From contig NC_086103.1 of NCBI RefSeq assembly GCF_963921235.1, positions 19,220,001 to 19,284,000 of the forward strand: a stretch of DNA of 64,000 nt, read 5' to 3'. This DNA comes from Mobula hypostoma (Eukaryota). The notes under the pieces are model-generated. The model was given only the letters and a program-made list of their open reading frames with translations, had not been told where the DNA came from and did no database searches. The translations under genes and the position numbers were made by a program. Of this stretch, positions 11,901-22,746 are shown in pieces (the first letter of the stretch is position 1; every line of letters begins with the position of its first letter).

Positions 11901-12992
11901 CATCATGTTTGACATCGACACAGTGGGAAGAATAGCCCATTGCTGTGCTGTCCTGTTCAGTTTCTGAGGACACAAGTATCCCATCTAAAATATATTTATA
12001 ATATTAAGCAATGTGATGGCTCCTCCAAACTCCAGGTAAAGTTGCTGAGATGCTGTTTGTCTTGTGGAAGCTGAAAGAATTTTTACACAGATTGTAAGGT
12101 GTGGAGCTGTGGACATCAAGAGCACATTTGTTTTCTGAATAACCAGTGTATGACTTCAAGAAATTCAAAGTTCAAAGTGAAATATATTATCAGAGTACAT
12201 ACATGTAACCACATACAACCCAGAGATTCTTTTTCTGTGCGCCTACATAGAAAATCTATAGAACAGTAACTGTAAACAGGATCAATGGAGAATAATCTGT
12301 GCAAATGCAGTTATAAATAAATTGCAATAAATAATAAGCATGAAATAGAAAGATAAAAGAGTACTTAAATGTGTGTCGTTATCCCCTTTTGTTCAAGAGC
12401 CTTTTTGTTCAATAAGTAATAATAATATTGAAGCAGCAGTATACCATTCAGCCCATCATTCCTGCTATATCATTCAACAAGATCATGTCTGACCTGACCC
12501 TCAGCACCACTTTCTTCTACTGACCCCATGTTCCATAATTCCTTCAACATCCAGAATGCTATTGATCGCTGTACTTGCTATGACAGAGTGTACACAGCTC
12601 TATACAACTGAAAATCCTGAACAATAACTAGTATACAGAAAAGATCTTTTTTTTTCATTTTACTTGGCCTGACTCTATACACCACAGAATTTTGCATGTT
12701 TTGGTAAGATCATCTTGAACTCTTTTAACCTCTGAATAATTCAGTTCCAGTCCGCTTCACCTGTTTTGCTGAACAATATCCACAGCACCTGAATTGTTGG
12801 AATATCCTTTGTGCACATCTCCATATTACACCCAATACCATCCACATCATTTTCTTTTAACTTCTTGTGTACAACCTTACTGAAGTAACAACTAAATGTC
12901 CAGACACACTGGATCCACAGTCCCTCCTGATATGTACAAGGACTGAAAATGCAGAAAACAACAGTGACTAATCGGTGAGCTAAAGTACTTAC

Positions 12993-13053
12993 TTTGGGTG
13001 AAACCAGACTGAAGGAGCGAAACAAATAAACTGAATATCAGAAGAGAGGACAT
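12993..13053 (-). CDS. IgSF receptor copy A, leader exon (MSSLLIFSLFVSLLQSGFTQ)
   Basis: ATG at 13053, 20 codons of signal-peptide-like sequence plus 1 nt, then a GTAAGT donor. Phase 1, in frame with D1. Confidence 0.8.
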
Positions 13054-13068
13054 TTTGCTGCAGCCAGT

Positions 13069-13094
13069 TTAAAACTTCATTTCACAGGTTCCAT
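13069..13094 (-). promoter_or_regulatory. Two overlapping uORFs (MEPVK*, MKF*) upstream of the leader ATG
   Basis: ATG 13094-TGA 13077 overlaps ATG 13080-TAA 13069. Both are conserved in copy B (ATGs at 61539 and 61525). The TSS is unknown. Confidence 0.4.
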
Positions 13095-14912
13095 CTCTTT
13101 CCCTGTCAGAGTGAAACAAATACTGAAACGTGTAGATCCAGTCTTCTGAAACAACCCGAAGTAAATCCGGAGTGGATTTAGTCAATTTTTTTAACACCTC
13201 GGAGTCTGAAGGAAAGAAAAACAAAGTATTTTGCTCATTCCAATTGCAAACCGTAACTGTTCACAGTCACACCCTCTTCCTGTCACAATATAGATAAAGA
13301 TTACTCTTTTCATTTCCAAAGAAAATGACAGCATGTTTTGGTTCCTCTTTCAGTTGTGAGAACAGTAAAGAACAGCACACTTGTTAAAATTGTCCTGAAC
13401 TGGTATAATTTGCACTGGTCAGGAACTAAACAAATTGATCTAACTGAGGATATGAAGTCAGAAAAATTATTATATTCTTGTGTCTGCCTATGTGTTGATC
13501 AGGTCTCCAGGGTAACATCATGTTGTGGAATGAGTATCAGCAAATCCCAACAAACACTTGCTGACAGTTGACATGATCAGAAAATCTAATGAACCAGCCA
13601 AATGGCAAATGGACCAGATCAGAGCAGGATGTTGCGAGGAGGTGGGCAGTGAGATCTCATGCTTATCTTATTCTCTGACATTGACAGTGTATGTGAGAGA
13701 TATAAAGTAACGTTCTCTAACTGAATGGAAATGTGAGGCTCTAACAACAAAAGACACTCACTGATATCCAGAATAGATTGGCTGCAGGAAAGAGATGCCT
13801 ATTGATGTTCTCAGATACTGATTCCTTTCTCTGTTGGTTCACTGTGGACTCATGGTCCCACCATAAAGAAGGTGATATGGCAACGGTTTCTCCAACAGCA
13901 CCCTGGAATCCAGCATTCTCCACTGACATGAAAGCAATATGGACAGCAAGGAACAGCAAGATCTTCATCTCATTCAGGGATAGATGGGCCGAAGGGCCTG
14001 TTTCTGTGCTGTACTCTCACGACTCTGTGACTCGGTCCATGCTTACATGCACATTCAATATTCGTCTGTCATCATTGTTGACATGAATTTCAAAACCTGT
14101 TACTCAACGATGCTGGTGTAATCCTCATTTCCAACCTCTCCAGGAGACCCGACGATGCTCAAAGCACAAAAGTCTTAAACAGTCTGCCCAGTGTACAATG
14201 TCAGTTTTCCCTTTTGAAACGCATTTTGCAACTGATTAAAGTTAAATGATCCAGGGCAGTCAGAGAACCAGAGTGGACCTAAGACTTTTACAGGATACTG
14301 TATTTATCAATGTTGAGAGGAGAACGACTTTGTAAATCTGACAAGAGCCAACAATATTGGAAGTGGCGAGGGTGTGGGACGGGTGGCAGAGAAGCAGTGC
14401 CAGGATTGGGAGATGGCACGGGTGCAGACACACCCAGTCCTGAGACACCAGGCAAGGTATTTGACAATTGATTTATTCATCATAACAGAATGTCACTCTC
14501 CCATCTCCCCTACCCTTTTCCCATCTATGATGCCCTCTCCATGCTCCCTTCCCATTCTCCATCCACAATTGAGACCCATATCAGAATCAGGCATGTCATC
14601 ACTCACATGTGATGAAATTTGATTGTTTGCATCCGAAGTACAGTGAAATATATAAAATTACTACAGTACTCTGCAAAATCTGAGGCACCCTAGCTATATA
14701 TATGTGCCTCAGACTTTGGCACAGCACTATCGGTGGAGAAGTTTCTACTCAATTTGGGCTCTTTTCTTCAACCATTTCTTTGCTACAATGTCAGATCTAT
14801 TGACTCTGCTTCCTACCCTTGTATGGGACTCAAATCTTTCTTTACTTTTGCTGAAAATTTGCACTCTGCTCACATTTTCATACAGTCTATCTCTGAATTT
14901 TTTTCGTATTTA

Positions 14913-15150
14913 GAGTTCCAGCACAGTAACAGGCCCTTCCAGCCGAACGAGCGTGTTCCAACTTATCACACGTGTGACCAATTCACAGACTATCTTGTGT
15001 ATGTTTCAAATGTGAGAGGAAACCAGAGCATCCAGAGGAAATCCCCGTGGTCATGGGGAGAATGTCTAAACTCCTCATACTCTATGAGAGAATTAAACCC
15101 ATGACTCTGGTGTTGTAATTGCGTTTTGCTATCCACTATGCAAACATGCC
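14913..15150 (-). mobile_element. HE1/V-SINE-like element
   Basis: Reverse complement of the same core (gaggaaaccagagc...ggggagaatg). Confidence 0.7.
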
Positions 15151-15439
15151 TCCACAAAACATGTTGACCCATCACTTTCTGAAATTGCCCAGCTTCCTCT
15201 CTGATTTGGTGAGTGATGCGTATTCATTAAAACTGATGGACTTCAGTGATCATCCTTTGGAATTTCTGCTTTCTTTAACAAAATTCCACAGGTAGACAAG
15301 TCTTTGGTATAAACATTCTGAATGTACAGTCCTCCCTCGGCTGCATCATTATCTTCATCAAGTCACAGCGTTTACCCAGACCACTGCAGGACATGCATCA
15401 TCTGCCTTTATTCCACTTCCCTCCCGTTATTCCAGAACT

Positions 15440-15900
15440 GAAACATTGCAAACTACTGAAGCAGACATTCACTTGCACATTTCACAATCTAATATACTGT
15501 ATTAATTGTCTGAAAGTTAGTCTCATCGACAATGGAAAAACCAAATGCATATCAGGTGACTGCCTTGTAACAACAAAGAGTTTCCTGTTGCATGTCAAAT
15601 TAATTCTTCATTCTAACTCCACTCTGACCTACCTCTGTTCTATCGACTGGGCAGTTATAATGACACCTACTATAAGCTTGAGAAACAGCACATCAGCTGC
15701 CACAGAGGCACAATACATCTTTCATGTCTCAATATCAAAATTAATGGCATGAAGTACCATGATTTCTCTATGTCTCCATGATCCGTCTTTTCTCTGGTAA
15801 AACATCAGCCTCTAATATTGGTTCATTTTTTACTCCCTCCATGATCATGGCTCAACCTGTTGAGTAGTTTCTTCAGCCCTGTCTTAAAATCTCCTTTTAC
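15440..15900 (+). mobile_element. Older Penelope-like GIY-YIG fragment
   Basis: KQTFTCTFHNLIYCINCLK...GKTKCISGDCL is a degenerate version of the 6205 motif. Confidence 0.6.
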
Positions 15901-16789
15901 TTTCCTTTCTTTGTTCTTGCCTCTCACTGTTTAAGCCCTCATGAACCTCTCATATACTTATCTTCATCAACATCTTGTTCCATGACAATTATGACCTTAC
16001 CCCTCAGATATTACCACATTGTCCAATCCATCAATTTCAACACGCTCTGTTCCTGACAACTTGCATTTTTTCAACAGTATTTTTCAATTCTGATGATTGA
16101 TCTTCTATTTGAAACATAGTCTCTGTTTTTATTTCTACATTTATTTCATCTGCTGTGTTCTTCCAGAATTTTATGTGTTTGTTTCTGGTTTTTAACATCT
16201 GCACTGTTACACTGTTAATTTCAAATAACCAATATTTGATTTGTGTTAAATCTGAACCTAAATCATCACCAGCTAGACAAATGTGGAACACTTATTGTGT
16301 AAAATTAATTGTGCATTTAGACATTTTGATGATAACAATGACTGAAATAGGCATTTATCCTTCTCTGTATAAATTTCAGATCAAAAGCTACCTTATTTGG
16401 TCTGGAAGATTGTCTCCTCTCACATCAATGATGATTGTTCCACTTGCTGACAGTGAATCCTACAACAGCACAAGAACATTTCTTAAAGAACCAGAAGAAC
16501 AAAATTAAAAAGAAAACTAAAGAATTGGAATTCATCACTAGAATAAAAGAAGAATCAAAGGAGATTTTCCAGCAGCCTAGTTGTGTTGGGAGAGAGAGAG
16601 AGAGAGAAGGCACTTCACAGGTCCATTCATCAGATGTAAGAAAGAGTATTCGCGGGATTTGCCATTTTCCGATGTCCCGAAGAAACAGCAATCATTAGCA
16701 AGGACAAATAAACATATGGTAGATACAAACAGAGCATCCATTGTTGGAGTGGTCATTGTGTGAGTGCAACTGTTTGAGTGGGAGGCTTT

Positions 16790-17230
16790 GTTTTGGGAAC
16801 ATAGAAAACCTAGCCTTTTAACCAAGCCAAAACATGTCTTTTGTCCCACTATGCTGTGCCAAACATGTAATTACTTCAGAAATTACCTAGGGTGATCCCT
16901 AGCCCTCTAGTTTTCTAAGCTCAATGTACCCTTTACAGGAGTCTCTTAAAGGACCCTATTGTATCCGCCTCCTTCACTGTCACCGGCATCCCATTCTACG
17001 CACTCACCACTCTCTGTGTAAAAAACTTACGCCTGACATCTCCTCTGTACCTACTTCCAAACACCTTAAAACTGTACCTTCTCATGTTGGCCATTTCAGC
17101 CCTGGGAAAAAGCCTCTGCCTAGCCACACGATCAATGCCTCTTATCATCTTATACACATCTATCACATCACTTTTCATCCTCTGTCCCTCCAACATCCTT
17201 GAAAATCTCCTCTGCACCGTCTCCATAGTT
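16790..17230 (-). mobile_element. CR1 3' end
   Basis: METVQRRFSRML, YKMIRGIDRV, FFTQRVVSA and the tail. Confidence 0.8.
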
Positions 17231-17399
17231 TCCACCAATAGCCTCCACCATAGTTTTATCAAGTTTGTGTGAGGTACTTAACTGGAAGTTTCTTCTTCTC
17301 CATTCTCCATTCCTCATCTGTTGGTACGTAGTTGGAACAGTGAGGATGGCCCCAGGAGCTGAGTTGTGTTCTTTTTGAGAAATGTGGGAATTCTGGGAG

Positions 17400-18550
17400 A
17401 TATCCATCATCCCGGATGATCACATCGGCACCAGGTAAACTGAACTTCAGATCCTCAGAGAACTTTTTAAGGTACTGGAGCTGCAGCTTGATGATCGTTG
17501 TCTCGTACAGGCAACTGAGGAGGTAATTGATAGGAGCTACAGAGAGATAGTCACCCCTAAGATCCTGGAGTCAGGTACCCGGGTGACTGTCAGGAAAGCA
17601 AGTGGGCAGCCAATGTTGCAGATGAGCCAGCAGGTTTACAAGTAGATGATGGGTGTAACATGAATGTAAGGAAGGACAAGTCAATGATTGGGTACAAATA
17701 CAGACAGACCAAAGAGCTATATTGTACAACAGAGGCGATATTCAAAAGGGCGAAGAATACAGGACTGAAGGTTCTGTATTTAAATGCATGTAACATTTGG
17801 AATAAAGTGGATGAAATCTTGGCACAATGAGTGATTGGTCGGTACGACATTGTACGACTGATTAGTAGAATCTAAGAAGTGTCAGATGGAATACTGTGTT
17901 GGGAGGTGTATGGTCATGCACGTGGGCAGAAGGAATCAAAAGAGACTATTTTCTGAATGGGGAAAAAATTCAAAAATCTGAGGTGCAAAGGGACTTCGGA
18001 GTCTTCTTGCAGGATTCCCCAAGAGTTAACTTGCAGTTTGAGTTGGTGGTAAGGAAGGCAAATGGAATGTTAGCATTAGTTTTGAGAAGACTAGAATATA
18101 ACACAATGATGTAATGCTGAAGCCATATAAGGCACTGGTGAGGCCTCACTTTGAGTATTGTGAGCAATGTGGGTCCCTTATCTGTCAAAAGATGTGTGAC
18201 ATTGGACAAAGTTCAAAGGAGGTTCACAAAAATGATTCCGGAGTGTTGCAAGGCTCTGGGCTTGCATCTGTTGGAATTTTGAAGATTGAGGAGTATCTCA
18301 TTGAAACCTATCAAATGTTAAAAGGCCTAGATAGAGTAGATATGGATTAGATGTACCCTATTGTGAGGGAGTCTAGGACTAGAAGGCCCAATCTCAGAAT
18401 AGAGAGACATCGATTTAGAACGGTGATGAGGAGGAGTTTCTTTTGCAGGAGAATGGGGTTGACAGGGAAAAGAGATCAGCCAAGTTGACATGGCAGAGCA
18501 GACTCGATGGACAAAATGGCCTAATTCGGCTCCTATGTCTTATGCTCTAA
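17400..18550 (+). mobile_element. Internally deleted CR1
   Basis: 5' region, the FKCM/LNA endonuclease start, YKALVRPHFEYC and the 3' tail. Confidence 0.75.
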
Positions 18551-18710
18551 AACAGTTTCATGGCAAGTGGCAGTTGCTAAAGTCAGCTTAACACCCTTTC
18601 ATTGACAAACTTGAGAAAAGCAGATAAAGCAATATAGCAAACTAATGTAAAAACAGAAAATATTTGCCACGTTATAAAAGTCAAGAAAGAGAAACAATTG
18701 ATATTTCAGG

Positions 18711-19568
18711 TGTTACGAGAATACACATAAAATTAAGATGTTTGCTGGCCTGGGCTAGCATCAGTGGCATCAGCAGTTGGTCTGCCACCTGCCCTCAGGG
18801 GAAGGAGAGATAAGGAACAATGGAGCAGCGTCTGGAGATGTGTAATGAAGGGATGTGGGAGAGAGAGCTGTCTGGAGCGGCTCCCCCCTTTGAACCCTGA
18901 ACTGTTTGAAGTGATGGACAGGCGATACCCCAGAAGGGGGATAAAAAGGGACAGGTTCGCTAAGACAGACACACACGCCACCCGAGGTAACGAGACCCTG
19001 GAAGCGGTGCGCCTCTCACGAGTGGTGAGAAGTATCGGACAACGACCAGGGTGGAAAGGTACGATCAGCGGGAACCCGGTGTGTGTCCGCCCTTGCCTGG
19101 GTGCCGGGTTCACTGCAGAGGATCGACCGCATCTGGAGGAGGGGTCACAGTCGGTGACCTCAGGTGACATCACCAAGGACCTGCCCAAAAGCTGTTTGTG
19201 AGCCATCTCGCTGGTCTGTGAGTGAAGCCGTTCTGAATGATCAGTTGTTCCTATTCTATGTCTCTCTTCCCCCACGTTGTCCACCGCCATGGCAACGATT
19301 ACTGCGAACTGAACTACTAACTGGACTGAACTTTGAGTCATTTTGAAATTGGTCATTTACCCCTAGACAACGATAGAGCTTGATTGATGCTGTTATCTTA
19401 ATTCTGTGCACATGTGCGTTTATCATCGCTGAACTGTTGCATTTATTATCCTTTCGATTAATGTGTTGCTTGTTTCTTTAATAAAACTTTCTTAGTTCTA
19501 GTACTCCAGACTCCAACTGAGTGATCCATTTCTGCTGGTTTGGCAACCCAGTTACGGGGTACGTAACA
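18711..19568 (+). repeat. 5' LTR (858 bp)
   Basis: TGTTAC...GTAACA termini. About 11 substitutions and no indels versus the 3' LTR by manual count. AATAAA near 19480. Confidence 0.95.
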
Positions 19569-19572
19569 TAAG

Positions 19573-19598
19573 TGGGGTTCTCGTCCGCGATTTTGAAC
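19573..19598 (+). promoter_or_regulatory. Primer-binding site, imperfect complement of the tRNA-Pro 3' end
   Basis: TGGGGTTCTCGTCCGCGATTTTGAAC versus the tRNA-Pro complement TGGGGGCTCGTCCGGGATTTGAAC, 4 nt after the 5' LTR. Confidence 0.75.
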
Positions 19599-19667
19599 GC
19601 TAAATTTGGGACGGAGTAAATTGATTGGGTTAAAATTCCCGAAAGAAAGAAAAGACAAACAGCAGAA

Positions 19668-22574
19668 ATGGAGGTTGAGGAATTTATAAAGGCGCCGACC
19701 TTGGAGGCATTAGAGGATGCCAGGAAATCGGAATTGATAGCTGTGGCCAAACGGGTGAATCTTGCCAAGGTGAAGTCGACAATGAGGAGAGAGGAGATAC
19801 ACAGAGCTATTGTAGAGCACTATGTATCTAAAGGTGTGTTTCCCCAAGGTGAGCTGGGGGTGGTGTCTATTGAAAAACCTGCTGGAGACGCGGTACAGGT
19901 ACAGCTTGAAAAACTGAGACTCGAGCACGAGTTCCGGGTACGGCAGTTAGAACACGAAGAGAAGCAGTTAGAAAGGCAGGAGAAAGAGAGAGAGTTAGAA
20001 AGGCAGGAGAAAGAGAGAGAGTTAGAAAGGCGAGAGAGAGAGAAAGAGGTAGAAAGGCAAGAGAGAGAAAGACAGTTGGAGAGAGAAGAGAGAGAGAGGG
20101 ACAGACAGTTGGAGAGAGAGGAGAAACAGAGGGAAAGGGAATTTGAGCTGGAGAAGTTAAAGATAAGGGCCGAGCAGGGGCTCGTGCCGAACCAAGGTGG
20201 AGGGTTCCGGGCGACCCAGGAGGTTAGGCTGGTTCCCCCATTTGACGATACCGATGTGGATCGGTACTTTCTCCACTTCGAAAAGATGGCTATAAGTCAG
20301 GAATGGCCGAGGGATAAGTGGGTTGTTTTACTTCAGAGTGTACTGAAAGGGAAGGCCCAACAAGCTTACTCAGCTTTATCCGCGGAAGATGCCCAGAGGT
20401 ATGAGGTGGTGAAAGAGGCCATCCTCAGGATTTATGAGTTGGTCCCGGAGGCATACCGGCAGAGGTTTCGGAATGCGAGGAAGCGGTGGGACCGCACGTA
20501 TTTGGAGTTTGCTCGCGAGATGCAAACATATTGTGAGCGTTGGTGCGCCTCGAAAGGGGTAGAGGGGGATTATGACAGACTGCTGCAGCTGATTCTGATT
20601 GAGCAGTTTAAAGGTTGTGTCCCTGAGGGTATGAGACCCTACCTCGATGAGAAAGAGGCAGCCACGTTAGCCGCAACTGCTAAGTTAGCGGATGAGTATG
20701 CGTTGACGCATAAAATGAAGTTTGCCCCGAGTAAAGGCTACCAGAAGGGTAGTCAGGACGGAGGGGAGAGTCCGCCGGAAAAGTCAGAAAGTAAGCCGGG
20801 GACTAGTGAAAAGGATAAGGTAGACCGGGAGCAGTCTGGTAGGAAGTCTCCTGGGGTCGTCTGTTATAATTGTGGGAAAGTCGGACACTTTGCGTCCAGG
20901 TGCTTTGCCCCAAGGAAGGAGACGGGGAAAGGAAAAGCGGAAATTTTGAATGGCTGTATTGAGCTGTTAAGCGAACCGCTAGGGAAGGACAGGTCTGAAA
21001 AAGTCCAGGAAGGGCGCGAGAGGTTTATCTCGGCCGGACTGGTGTCAGTGAAGGAGAGGTTAAAACCAGTTCCAGTGCGGATCTGGAGAGACACGGGAGC
21101 GTGTCAGTCACTAATACTGAAGAGTGTATTGGAGTTTAGCTCAGAGACCCAGACTGGGGAGGTAGAGGTCAAAGGTGTTGGGGAAGGGACAGAGTCGGTC
21201 CCTTTGCACCAGATACATTTACAGAGCAACCTGGTCTCTGGACTAGTCACGATCGGGGTGAGGTCCGAATTACCGATGAAAGACGTGGAAGTCTTGCTCG
21301 GTAATGACATCGCCGGAGGAATCGTGTTCCCAGTCGTGAGATTGACGGGTCAGCCTGCCAGCACGGAGGCCCCGCCCGCGATGGTGAATTTGGCTGAAAC
21401 ATTTCTGTCAACCTTGTATGAGACAGGGTGTAGTGAGATAAGAGGTAGTGAGGGAGCTGGGACGGACGTAGCAGTAGCCAGGAAAGAATTTGTGCAGACG
21501 CAGGAGCGAGGCGAGGGGCTGATGGGTTTTGCAGAGACAGCTCTCTCTGACACAGCCTTGACAAGGGAACTAGTAGGCTATTGTGCGGATGAGGAAGTGC
21601 TAAGGAAGAAAGGGAATTCAAGGACAGTATCCGCAGATGAGGAGTGGGGGGTGGTGCAAAAGAGTTATGGGGATGAGGTTTTTAACATGGCCCACGAGGT
21701 ACCCCCCGGTGGACATTTTGCGGTGCTGGAGGAAACAGTTGGTGGAATCATGAAAGAGATTTACCGGCTGCCCAGGGGGAAGAATGTTATTGATCATGAC
21801 CGACGCGAACTGAGACGGTCACCGGCTTTTGATATGCTAACAAACCTAGTCGGTGTTAGCGTGGAAATCAATGAAGCTAGGGGCCCCCTGCTAAGAGGAA
21901 AAAACCATTTTGAAAAGATTGGGATGGGATCGGTCAGATGGGAGAAGGCTATTGTTTTGGCCAGGTCTACTGATAAGGTCTCTCCCTTAATCCCCGAAGG
22001 AGTAATTAAACGACTCGCACCCATGTGTTTGATTGTCCCGAGGAAATGCAAAGAACGGGGACGTTGGGTGATTGTGGTTACAATAGGGCAGCCAAGTAAA
22101 CAACACCCATATTTTTTGAGTAATTCAGTGACTAAAGGGCTGATGAACACAGAGGTGTGTATTGGCAATTTAACACGGCTGTCCGAAGCCAGCTTGATAG
22201 TGAACCTTGAAAAAAATGAATTCGGCCACACGAAGGTCACTTACCTGGGAATTGTGGTGACACAGGGGCAGCTGGCAGTGATGCAAGCTACAGTGCAGGC
22301 TATCGCTGACCTCCCAACCCCGACAGACAAGAGGGCCCTCAGAAGGCTCTTGGAGATGGTGGGGTACTGCAGGAAGTTTTGCAATAACTCTGCGGTCAAT
22401 ACCCGTCCCCCTCCTACTAAGCCCTTGCGAGAGAAAACTGAGCCGGAATGGGACGACCCTTGTTGTTGTGGTCCGGGACAAAACCAAATGAGAGGTTACA
22501 TTGGTCGCAATTCATCAGTGTTTTTGGCCACTATGAAGTTTGCTGAGTTGGAGCCTGGTCTAAGGGATTATTAA
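19668..22574 (+). CDS. Gag-protease-degenerate Pol polyprotein (968 aa)
   Basis: E/R-rich coiled coil, capsid/SCAN-like region, CCHC knuckle CYNCGKVGHFASRC (20862) and protease DTG (21090). These are followed by an integrase His pair remnant (AHEVPPGGHF) and an RT-thumb remnant (KVTYLGIVV...LRRLLEMVGYCRKF). I see no DDE core, YxDD or RNase H. Confidence 0.9.
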   Translation: MEVEEFIKAPTLEALEDARKSELIAVAKRVNLAKVKSTMRREEIHRAIVEHYVSKGVFPQGELGVVSIEKPAGDAVQVQLEKLRLEHEFRVRQLEHEEKQLERQEKERELERQEKERELERREREKEVERQERERQLEREERERDRQLEREEKQREREFELEKLKIRAEQGLVPNQGGGFRATQEVRLVPPFDDTDVDRYFLHFEKMAISQEWPRDKWVVLLQSVLKGKAQQAYSALSAEDAQRYEVVKEAILRIYELVPEAYRQRFRNARKRWDRTYLEFAREMQTYCERWCASKGVEGDYDRLLQLILIEQFKGCVPEGMRPYLDEKEAATLAATAKLADEYALTHKMKFAPSKGYQKGSQDGGESPPEKSESKPGTSEKDKVDREQSGRKSPGVVCYNCGKVGHFASRCFAPRKETGKGKAEILNGCIELLSEPLGKDRSEKVQEGRERFISAGLVSVKERLKPVPVRIWRDTGACQSLILKSVLEFSSETQTGEVEVKGVGEGTESVPLHQIHLQSNLVSGLVTIGVRSELPMKDVEVLLGNDIAGGIVFPVVRLTGQPASTEAPPAMVNLAETFLSTLYETGCSEIRGSEGAGTDVAVARKEFVQTQERGEGLMGFAETALSDTALTRELVGYCADEEVLRKKGNSRTVSADEEWGVVQKSYGDEVFNMAHEVPPGGHFAVLEETVGGIMKEIYRLPRGKNVIDHDRRELRRSPAFDMLTNLVGVSVEINEARGPLLRGKNHFEKIGMGSVRWEKAIVLARSTDKVSPLIPEGVIKRLAPMCLIVPRKCKERGRWVIVVTIGQPSKQHPYFLSNSVTKGLMNTEVCIGNLTRLSEASLIVNLEKNEFGHTKVTYLGIVVTQGQLAVMQATVQAIADLPTPTDKRALRRLLEMVGYCRKFCNNSAVNTRPPPTKPLREKTEPEWDDPCCCGPGQNQMRGYIGRNSSVFLATMKFAELEPGLRDY

Positions 22575-22734
22575 TAACACGTGTAAAAGGAACAGAAAAT
22601 GTGATGACTGTCTGTCAAGGTGTTGACAGCTTCAAATTCTCTGTATTAGCTAAATAACTGTTAAAGATGTATATTGTGTATGTATCCGATAATGTAGTCA
22701 TGTTTGTAATTTTTACCTCCCGGTAAAAATCCTT

Positions 22735-22746
22735 AAAGGGGGGAAG
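22735..22746 (+). promoter_or_regulatory. Polypurine tract
   Basis: AAAGGGGGGAAG abuts the 3' LTR. Confidence 0.9.

Larger units (their letters stand above)
1..14265. repeat. Segmental/tandem duplication, copy A (runs off the window start)
   Basis: Position 1 matches 48362 and 14242-14265 matches 63977-64000. Exons, TE insertions and ORF-track entries are collinear at offsets of about 48360-48460 for most of the length. Confidence 0.97.

Noticed and set aside
12881-12942. 62-nt exon-like segment after the leader
   Set aside because: It would need a 50-nt intron and ends in phase 0, which frameshifts D1. The leader-like frame (EGLWIQCVWTFSCYF) has no ATG.
16435-16698. 87-aa K/E-rich plus-strand ORF
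   Set aside because: It is low-complexity, includes a (GA)n run, and has no motif or clear splice boundaries.
18733-19356. 207-aa antisense and 145-aa sense ORFs in both LTRs
   Set aside because: They use non-ATG starts and have no recognisable motif. Their presence in both LTRs only reflects LTR identity.
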